From a virus (taxonomy: Duplodnaviria; Heunggongvirae; Uroviricota; Caudoviricetes), in the IMG/VR virus record IMGVR_UViG_3300029653_000151, positions 1-13,439 of that record: DNA of 13,439 bases; one strand, 5' to 3'. Each line of letters starts with the position of its first letter. Position 1 is the stretch's first letter. This document shows, one piece after another, positions 7,760 through 13,439 of the stretch. The notes beneath the pieces are model-generated. The model ran no database searches and had not been told where the DNA came from. It was given only the letters and a program-made list of their open reading frames with translations. Made by a program: the position numbers and the translations under genes.

Positions 7760-7782
7760 ATATTACTGTGATAGCAAGATCA

Positions 7783-8202
7783 TTACTCCGGTGGGGGATT
7801 ATCTTTAAGCCTGCCTCTCAAATATTTTTCTACATACTCATCGATTTCTTTTAGCCGGACTTCAAATAGCTCAATCATTCGTTGTTGTTCTGAGCCCGGT
7901 AGCTGGTTAAACAACTCAAGAAGTTTTCGTTGGGATTCATTTAACCACAATTCAGAAGATTCCTGTTCTCCAAAGAGGAGCTCAGGAGGAGATATGCCAA
8001 GTGCCTTTCCCAATATGACAGCGTCATGCACTCCAACATTTCTGCTGCCCGCCTCATAGTTACCTATACGCGATTGCGTCCATCCGCAGATTTCAGCAAG
8101 TTTTCCTTGAGATAAACCAAGCTTCTGCCTGCGCTCTTTAAGACGCATTGCAATTTTGTCATTGAGCCTACTAGCGGCAATTTTTTCGTTTTCTTTTTCC
8201 AT
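7783..8202 (-). CDS. racR: RacR-like XRE/cI-family prophage repressor (139 aa)
   Basis: N-terminal helix-turn-helix (LSQGKLAEICGWTQSRIGNYEAG); divergent from the cro-like ydaS across an operator-bearing intergenic region. Shorter than the 158 aa I recall for K-12 RacR, so allelic identity is uncertain. Confidence 0.7.
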   Translation of the reverse strand: MEKENEKIAASRLNDKIAMRLKERRQKLGLSQGKLAEICGWTQSRIGNYEAGSRNVGVHDAVILGKALGISPPELLFGEQESSELWLNESQRKLLELFNQLPGSEQQRMIELFEVRLKEIDEYVEKYLRGRLKDNPPPE

Positions 8203-8298
8203 TGCATCCTTGTATCACGAATCGTGATTTACATAAAACACAAAATAGCTTGACCATATAACACAAGGTGTGTTTAAAATTGTCATCGGAGGTTTTCA
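8203..8298. promoter_or_regulatory. Divergent promoter/operator region between racR and ydaS
   Basis: Perfect 15-bp palindrome atcacga-a-tcgtgat (8214-8228); second palindrome aacaca-agg-tgtgtt (8260-8274); -35-like TTGACC (8250-8255) and AT-rich -10-like taaaat (8275-8280); GGAGG 6 nt before the ydaS ATG. Confidence 0.6.
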
Positions 8299-8541
8299 AT
8301 GAACAAAATTTCAACATATCGAAAACAGCTTGGGCTGTCTCAAAGACAACTTGCTGTTCAGTTAGGGTGGATACAAAGCCGACTGGCAAATTACGAAGCA
8401 AATTTTCGTACCCCTGGACTAGAGGAGTGCAGAAAAATTGTTTCTACCCTTAATCGGCTTGGCGCTCATTGTGGACTTGACGATGTATTCCCCCCAGACG
8501 GTAAGCATAGCGAAAACAGCATAGGAGCGGTTGATTCATGA
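8299..8541 (+). CDS. ydaS: Cro-like helix-turn-helix protein (80 aa), YdaS-like
   Basis: HTH segment LGLSQRQLAVQLGWIQSRLANYEA; divergent from the repressor; stop overlaps the ydaT start (ATGA). Confidence 0.7.
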   Translation: MNKISTYRKQLGLSQRQLAVQLGWIQSRLANYEANFRTPGLEECRKIVSTLNRLGAHCGLDDVFPPDGKHSENSIGAVDS

Positions 8542-8963
8542 AAATCAGGCATAAGCACATCGAATCAGTGTTGTTAGCCCTGGCAGCCGAAAAAGGGCAG
8601 GCGTGGGTCGCTAACGCAATTACTGAAGAATATCTGCGCCAGGGGGGGGGCGGCGAATTGCCCCTTATACCAGGCAAGGACTGGAACAATCAGCAGAATA
8701 TCTATCACCGTTGGTTGAAAGGTGAAACGAAAGCGCAAAGGGAAAAAATTCAGAAACTGATCCCTGCGGTTCTGGCAATTCTTCCGCGCGAGCTGCGTCA
8801 CCGACTCTGCATCTTCGATACCCTGGAACGCCGTGCATTACTGGCGGCGCAGGAAGCGTTGAGTACGGCAATTGATGCGCATGATGATGCAGTCCAGGCC
8901 GTTTACCGGAAAGCACATTTCAGCGGTGGTGGGTCGCCCGGCGATTCTGTCGTAGTGCATTGA
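8538..8963 (+). CDS. ydaT: YdaT-like protein (141 aa)
   Basis: Position directly after ydaS with ATGA overlap; length matches the roughly 140 aa I recall for K-12 YdaT. Contains a G9 homopolymer (8642-8650) encoding Gly-Gly-Gly-Gly. Confidence 0.65.
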   Translation: MKIRHKHIESVLLALAAEKGQAWVANAITEEYLRQGGGGELPLIPGKDWNNQQNIYHRWLKGETKAQREKIQKLIPAVLAILPRELRHRLCIFDTLERRALLAAQEALSTAIDAHDDAVQAVYRKAHFSGGGSPGDSVVVH

Positions 8964-9007
8964 TTGAAATTAATCGTGCCGGATTGTTTTGTTCGGTATC
9001 AGTTAAA

Positions 9008-9426
9008 TGTAACGACGCGAGCGTTACAAGGTGAAAACAAATGGCTTCAAACTGGATAAAGCTCGAGGTTATTACGCCGGATAAGCCGGAAATATTCAGG
9101 CTTGCTGAGATTCTGAATATTGATCCAGATGCCGCATTAGGGAAGGTTATTCGCTTCTGGGCATGGGCGGATCAACAAATGATAGACGGTAATGCAGATT
9201 GTAACGCTCGCGGCGTTACAAAAAGTGCAATAGATCGCATCACTTTTATGGCTGGTTTTGCTGATGCGTTAATTCAGGTTGGATGGCTGGTCGAAAATGA
9301 CGTTGGGCTTTCTCTACCTAACTTTGAACGTCATAACGGAAAAAGCTCAAAAAAACGGGCGGTTACAAACGAGCGAGTTACAAAAATACGCGAACTGAAA
9401 CGAAAGGGTAACGCTGCCAGCGTTAC
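9008..9426. repeat. Cluster of gtaacg-N7-cgttac palindromes and gttaca half-sites: candidate origin iterons or regulator binding sites
   Basis: tgtaacg-acgcgag-cgttaca (9008-9028, upstream of the ydaU ATG); ttgtaacg-ctcgcgg-cgttacaa (9199-9221); direct half-sites gttacaaacgagcgagttaca (9362-9382); gtaacg-ctgccag-cgttac (9408-9426). Sites 1 and 2 are the same 21-mer in opposite orientation with one mismatch. Confidence 0.5.
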
Positions 9427-9829
9427 ACAAACGGATCAAAAAGCGTTACCAGAGGAAGAGGAAGAGGAAGATATAAATACTGATCTCCCCCTAAATCCCC
9501 CTCGCCAAAAACGAGCGTCTAAAAAATTCGAGCCGGAGGCTATCGAGCTGCCTGACTGGTTGCCGGAAACACTCTGGCATGAGTGGGTTCAGTTCAGGCA
9601 GGCATTGCGAAAACCGATTCGAACGGAGCAGGGCGCTAACGGGGCGATACGGGAACTGGAAAAATTCCGTCAGCAGGGTTTTACACCTGAGCAGGTGATT
9701 CGACACAGCATCGCCAATGAATACCAGGGCTTGTTCGCACCGAAAGGTGTTCGGCCTGAGACGTTGCTCCGACAGGTTAACACCGTCTCGTTGCCGGACA
9801 GTGCGATCCCGCCAGGCTTCAGGGGGTAA
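9041..9829 (+). CDS. ydaU: Phage replication initiation protein, lambda O-like / YdaU-like (262 aa)
   Basis: Sits directly upstream of a DnaC-like loader as in O-P type modules; carries internal palindromic repeats and an acidic EEEEEED stretch. Confidence 0.65.
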   Translation: MASNWIKLEVITPDKPEIFRLAEILNIDPDAALGKVIRFWAWADQQMIDGNADCNARGVTKSAIDRITFMAGFADALIQVGWLVENDVGLSLPNFERHNGKSSKKRAVTNERVTKIRELKRKGNAASVTQTDQKALPEEEEEEDINTDLPLNPPRQKRASKKFEPEAIELPDWLPETLWHEWVQFRQALRKPIRTEQGANGAIRELEKFRQQGFTPEQVIRHSIANEYQGLFAPKGVRPETLLRQVNTVSLPDSAIPPGFRG

Positions 9830-9835
9830 CAGACC

Positions 9836-10582
9836 ATGAAAAATATTGCGACAGGCGGCGTTCTGGAGCGTATCCGCAGACTGACCCCACCACATGTAAC
9901 CGCCCCATTCAGAACGGTTGCGGAGTGGCGTGAGTGGCAACTTGCTGAAGGCCAGAAACGTTGCGAGGAGATCAACCGCCTGAATCGTCAGTTGCGGGTG
10001 GAAAAAATTCTGAATCGCTCTGGCATCCAGCCGTTGCACCGTAAATGCTCGTTTGCGAATTACCAGGTGCAGAACGACGGCCAGCGATACGCGTTAAGTC
10101 AGGCGAAATCCATCACCGATGAACTGATGACCGGGTGTACAAATTTTGCGTTCAGCGGAAAACCTGGTACCGGGAAGAATCACTTAGCGGCAGCTATCGG
10201 GAATCGCCTGCTGAAAGACGGTCAGACAGTGATTGTGGTTACCGTGGCTGATGTTATGAGCGCCCTGCACGCCAGCTATGACGACGGGCAGTCAGGCGAA
10301 AAATTTTTGCGGGAGCTGTGCGAAGTGGATCTGCTGGTTCTTGATGAAATTGGCATTCAGCGCGAGACAAAAAACGAGCAGGTGGTGCTGCACCAGATTG
10401 TTGATCGCCGGACAGCGTCGATGCGCAGCGTGGGGATGCTGACAAACCTGAACTATGAGGCCATGAAAACATTGCTCGGCGAGAGGATTATGGATCGCAT
10501 GACCATGAACGGCGGGCGATGGGTGAATTTTAACTGGGAGAGCTGGCGTCCGAATGTCGTCCAGCCAGGAATTGCGAAGTGA
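9836..10582 (+). CDS. ydaV: DnaC/IstB-like AAA+ helicase loader (248 aa), YdaV-like
   Basis: Walker [16 protein letters not shown] and Walker B LLVLDEIG; 248 aa matches the length I recall for K-12 YdaV. Confidence 0.85.
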   Translation: MKNIATGGVLERIRRLTPPHVTAPFRTVAEWREWQLAEGQKRCEEINRLNRQLRVEKILNRSGIQPLHRKCSFANYQVQNDGQRYALSQAKSITDELMTGCTNFAFSGKPGTGKNHLAAAIGNRLLKDGQTVIVVTVADVMSALHASYDDGQSGEKFLRELCEVDLLVLDEIGIQRETKNEQVVLHQIVDRRTASMRSVGMLTNLNYEAMKTLLGERIMDRMTMNGGRWVNFNWESWRPNVVQPGIAK

Positions 10583-10604
10583 TTTTTACCTGGAGGAAAT
10601 TTTA

Positions 10605-11366
10605 ATGGAGACTGTTTTTGACGCACTGAAAGCAATGGGAAAAGCCACGTCGGTAGAACTGGCTGCGCGACTTGATATCAGTCGTGAAGAGGTACTGAAC
10701 GAGCTGTGGGAACTGAAAAAGGCTGGTTTCGTTGATAAAAGCGTATACACCTGGCGTGTGGCTGATAACAACGTTCAGCAGGAACAGCCAGCGCCAGAAG
10801 AACAGCCGGAAGAAACCACCACGGCGACAGTAGCGAAAATCTCAGAGTGCGATTTAACCGCAACGATTGAACAACGCGGACCACAAACGGCGGATGAACT
10901 GGCTACGTTTTTCGGCATCACATCACGCAAAGTGGCTTCAACGCTGGCAATGGCAATCAGCAAAGGGCGTCTGATTCGCGTGAATCAGGGCGGTAAATTT
11001 CGTTACTGCATACCGGGTGCTGATTTACCGGCAGAGCCGGAAGCTGCATCCGTAGCGGAAACCGATGGTAAAGCCTTTCCTCAGCCAGCAGGTGTTGCGT
11101 TACCAGTACAGGAAATGATGGCACAGGAAGAAATGAAAACAGAAATCGTGGAAGACATTGTGAGGTTACAGCCATCGATCACCGAAATGAAAGCAGATGA
11201 CCTGATTCTACCATCGCTGCATGTGGCTAACCGCGAGCTGCGCCGGGCGAAAAGTGATGTCCAGAAGTGGGAGCGAGTCTGTGCTGCGCTGCGGGAGCTG
11301 AACAAGCACCGGGATATTGTTCGACAGATTACTGATTCTTCCCGCCGTGTTGTATCGGAAAAGTGA
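10605..11366 (+). CDS. Hypothetical phage protein (253 aa) with two winged-helix-like segments, an acidic linker and a C-terminal coiled-coil-like tail
   Basis: GGAGG 7 nt upstream of the ATG at 10605; segments [30 protein letters not shown] and [32 protein letters not shown] look like winged-helix DNA-binding units. Possibly the intact counterpart of ydaW; not verified. Confidence 0.55.
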   Translation: METVFDALKAMGKATSVELAARLDISREEVLNELWELKKAGFVDKSVYTWRVADNNVQQEQPAPEEQPEETTTATVAKISECDLTATIEQRGPQTADELATFFGITSRKVASTLAMAISKGRLIRVNQGGKFRYCIPGADLPAEPEAASVAETDGKAFPQPAGVALPVQEMMAQEEMKTEIVEDIVRLQPSITEMKADDLILPSLHVANRELRRAKSDVQKWERVCAALRELNKHRDIVRQITDSSRRVVSEK

Positions 11367-11381
11367 TTGCCGGAGGCGCTT

Positions 11382-11774
11382 ATGGCAAAAGTATTTACAC
11401 CAGAAGAGCGGGAAGAAGTGAAGGCGCGCATTGTGGAATTCGTGCGCCTGAGCGGACGAGAAACTTTTCGACAACTGGCAGATAAAACGGGTGTCAGTAA
11501 GACCGCTATTCGTCGTTTATCTGGTGCGCTTGCGGCCAGTGGTGATGTCTGGCTCTCTGGTTGCGGGGTATTTCCATCAGAGCAGGCGTATCGCGTATGG
11601 CGTAAGACACCGGAGAAGGCTGCTGACCCGACACTGATTCGAAAGTTACCTGACGGAGAAATACGTCGTTACAACAGACGGCAGAACATAATTTGTCGTG
11701 AGTGCCGCCAGAGCGAAGTTATGCAGCGTGTGCTGGCGTTCTATCGGGGAAACTTTCAGGAGGTGATGGAGTGA
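11382..11774 (+). CDS. Hypothetical phage protein (130 aa) with a possible HTH and a CxxC pair
   Basis: GGAGG 5 nt upstream of the ATG at 11382; stop overlaps the next gene's GTG start. Confidence 0.55.
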   Translation: MAKVFTPEEREEVKARIVEFVRLSGRETFRQLADKTGVSKTAIRRLSGALAASGDVWLSGCGVFPSEQAYRVWRKTPEKAADPTLIRKLPDGEIRRYNRRQNIICRECRQSEVMQRVLAFYRGNFQEVME

Positions 11775-12067
11775 GGGTCAGAGTTTATATTGCCGGTCCA
11801 ATGACGGGATATGAAAATTTCAACCGTGAGGCGTTTCACAAGGCGGAAGAGGAACTGAAACGGGAAGGGCATACCGTCTTAAACCCGGCAGTACTTCCGG
11901 ACGGGCTGACACAGCCGCACTACATGGATATTTGCATGGCAATGATTCGTTGTGTGGATGCGATTTACATGCTGAATGGCTGGCAGCGGTCAGCGGGCGC
12001 TAAGGCAGAGCTGGCACTGGCGGAGAAACTGGGGCATGCAGTGATTTATCAGGAGGTGGCTCAATGA
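11771..12067 (+). CDS. DUF4406-like protein (nucleoside 2-deoxyribosyltransferase-like fold), about 98 aa
   Basis: Motif VYIAGPMTGYENFNREAFHKAEEELKREGHTVLNPAVL is typical of the DUF4406 / deoxyribosyltransferase-like family as I recall it. GTG start at 11771 with GGAGG 7 nt upstream; the ATG at 11801 is the alternative. Stop overlaps the next start (ATGA). Confidence 0.55.
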   Translation: MRVRVYIAGPMTGYENFNREAFHKAEEELKREGHTVLNPAVLPDGLTQPHYMDICMAMIRCVDAIYMLNGWQRSAGAKAELALAEKLGHAVIYQEVAQ

Positions 12068-12525
12068 GAGAGGTTAACTATGAGGCGCTTCGTGAGGCAG
12101 CACAAAACTATCAGTCGACGCTGGCGTGGTATCAGGCTATCCCGGACAGCCCAAATGCTGAACGGGATTGTGATGCGGCTCTTGCTGCGTTTAAGCGTCA
12201 CATCCGTCATCGGGAAGCGGATATTATCGCTGATTTGCTGGATGGACTGGAAGAAGCAAAATCACAACTCAAAGAGCAGCGTGAGTATTACGAAGGCGTT
12301 ATCTCTGATGGGAGCAAGCGTATTGCTGAACTGGAAGCGCGGGAAGTTCAATTACCGACTCGCTACGACCTTCGATATGGACACCCGATAAATGCAGATG
12401 AGCGACATGTCATGATACCTAAAGAAAATGGCAGTTGGCTTTACCTGATTGACCTAGAACACGCATTACGCGTCTCTGGCATTCGCATCAAAGGAGAGGA
12501 GCATGGAAATAAAACCAGAGGATGA
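12064..12525 (+). CDS. Hypothetical phage protein (153 aa) with a central coiled-coil-like region
   Basis: ORF translationally coupled to its upstream neighbour (ATGA); no recognisable motif. Confidence 0.5.
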   Translation: MREVNYEALREAAQNYQSTLAWYQAIPDSPNAERDCDAALAAFKRHIRHREADIIADLLDGLEEAKSQLKEQREYYEGVISDGSKRIAELEAREVQLPTRYDLRYGHPINADERHVMIPKENGSWLYLIDLEHALRVSGIRIKGEEHGNKTRG

Positions 12526-12859
12526 GTTAAGCAATATCGTTTTATTTCCGGTAAAAGAGGATGACCCTCGTAATCAGGTTAATTTTCTTTATGAGCCATC
12601 GGAAAGACCATATTGTCATCACGCCTCTGTCCGGGTTGACGAAAAAGAGCGTCAGGTCCGCTGTAAAATCTGCGGTGCAGTTGTGGAGCCATTTGACTGG
12701 ATGCTCTCTGTGGCGAAAAGAGAAACCAGACTGGCAGATGATGTAAGGCACTTGCGCCAGGAGGAGCGGGAAAGGCGAAAAAATATAGAAAAGCTAATTC
12801 AGATTGAGCGTAACGCGAAAGCGCGGATACGCAGGGCGACAAAATCCAGAACTGAATAA
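12503..12859 (+). CDS. Hypothetical phage protein (118 aa) with a zinc-ribbon-like C..HH..CxxC segment and a basic coiled-coil tail
   Basis: GGAGAGGAG directly upstream of the ATG at 12503; CHHASVRVDEKERQVRCKICG motif; overlaps the 3' end of the preceding ORF. Confidence 0.5.
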   Translation: MEIKPEDELSNIVLFPVKEDDPRNQVNFLYEPSERPYCHHASVRVDEKERQVRCKICGAVVEPFDWMLSVAKRETRLADDVRHLRQEERERRKNIEKLIQIERNAKARIRRATKSRTE

Positions 12860-12982
12860 TTAAATTTAGCTCTGTTAAAAATTTAATCCTTAACCGGAGG
12901 GATTTCTGCACCCTCAGAACATCAGGAGGCCGTCCGAAAGGGCGGTAGTGAAATGCGAAAATTCAAAATAATTATTGAAACG

Positions 12983-13439
12983 TAGACTGGCCCCCTGAAT
13001 CTCCAGACAACCAATATCACTTATTTAAGTGATAGTCTTAATACTAGTTTTTAGACTAGTCATTGGAGAACAGATGATTGATGTCTTAGGGCCGGAGAAA
13101 CGCAGACGGCGTACCACACAGGAAAAGATCGCAATTGTTCAGCAGAGCTTTGAACCGGGGATGACGGTCTCCCTCGTTGCCCGGCAACATGGTGTAGCAG
13201 CCAGCCAGTTATTTCTCTGGCGTAAGCAATACCAGGAAGGAAGTCTTACTGCTGTCGCCGCCGGAGAACAGGTTGTTCCTGCCTCTGAACTTGCTGCCGC
13301 CATGAAGCAGATTAAAGAACTCCAGCGCCTGCTCGGCAAGAAAACGATGGAAAATGAACTCCTCAAAGAAGCCGTTGAATATGGACGGGCAAAAAAGTGG
13401 ATAGCGCACGCGCCCTTATTGCCCGGGGATGGGGAGTAA
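12983..13439 (+). mobile_element. IS2 (IS3 family) insertion sequence, partial: terminal inverted repeat, leader and orfA; the rest lies beyond the window
   Basis: Starts with tagactggccccctgaatctccagacaaccaatatcac..., which I recognise as an IS2 terminus; followed by the InsC ORF. IS2 is about 1.3 kb, so it runs past the window end. Confidence 0.85.
13074..13439 (+). CDS. insC: IS2 OrfA (InsC) transposase DNA-binding subunit, 121 aa
   Basis: [58 protein letters not shown]... matches recalled IS2 InsC; stop TAA at 13437-13439. The frameshift-fused OrfAB would continue beyond the window. Confidence 0.85.

Noticed and set aside
8171-8916. Minus-strand ORFs (8171-8401, 8450-8689, 8574-8801, 8665-8916) and the plus ORF 8268-8453 over the ydaS/ydaT region
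   Set aside because: Antisense or out-of-frame overlaps of the better-supported ydaS and ydaT genes and the operator region; no independent start signals.
9491-10472. Minus-strand ORFs (9491-10039, 9670-9975, 10254-10472) antisense to ydaU/ydaV
   Set aside because: Antisense to genes with clear Walker motifs and start signals; typical shadow ORFs.
11702-11770. Upstream extension of the DUF4406-like ORF to the ATG at 11702
   Set aside because: That start would overlap the preceding gene by 73 nt with no ribosome-binding site, whereas the GTG at 11771 has GGAGG at ideal spacing and the conserved domain begins just after it.
12860-12982. Possible tRNA or structured RNA between the last ORF and IS2
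   Set aside because: Several short stems but no cloverleaf arrangement or T-loop-like GTTCxAxxC motif; more likely terminator-like or regulatory hairpins.
1-13439. CRISPR arrays, rRNA genes, tRNA genes
   Set aside because: No regularly spaced direct repeats of CRISPR type, no rRNA-like conserved stretches and no tRNA-like structures were seen by eye.

Overview
This window looks like the left arm of a Rac-like lambdoid prophage, read from its chromosomal junction inward, and ending in a partial IS2 element. From left to right: a host gene for a small secreted protein (yebY-like), then a short non-coding interval that appears to hold the SdsR/RyeA small-RNA locus and the likely prophage attachment site. 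The prophage follows on the minus strand with integrase and excisionase, a small protein, ralR, recT, a frameshifted recE, racC, ydaE, kilR and a ydaG/ydaF-like ORF. Next come a PL-like promoter, the racR repressor, a divergent operator region, and on the plus strand ydaS, ydaT, the ydaU/ydaV replication pair and five nin-region-like ORFs. I did not find a clearly novel system; the most notable points are the recE frameshift at a G5 run, a G9 homopolymer inside ydaT, palindromic repeats in and upstream of ydaU that may be origin iterons, an orphan plus-strand terminator upstream of recE, and a translationally coupled block of uncharacterised ORFs next to the IS2 end. Gene names rest on recalled protein sequences and motifs, not on any search; no CRISPR array, tRNA or rRNA was seen.
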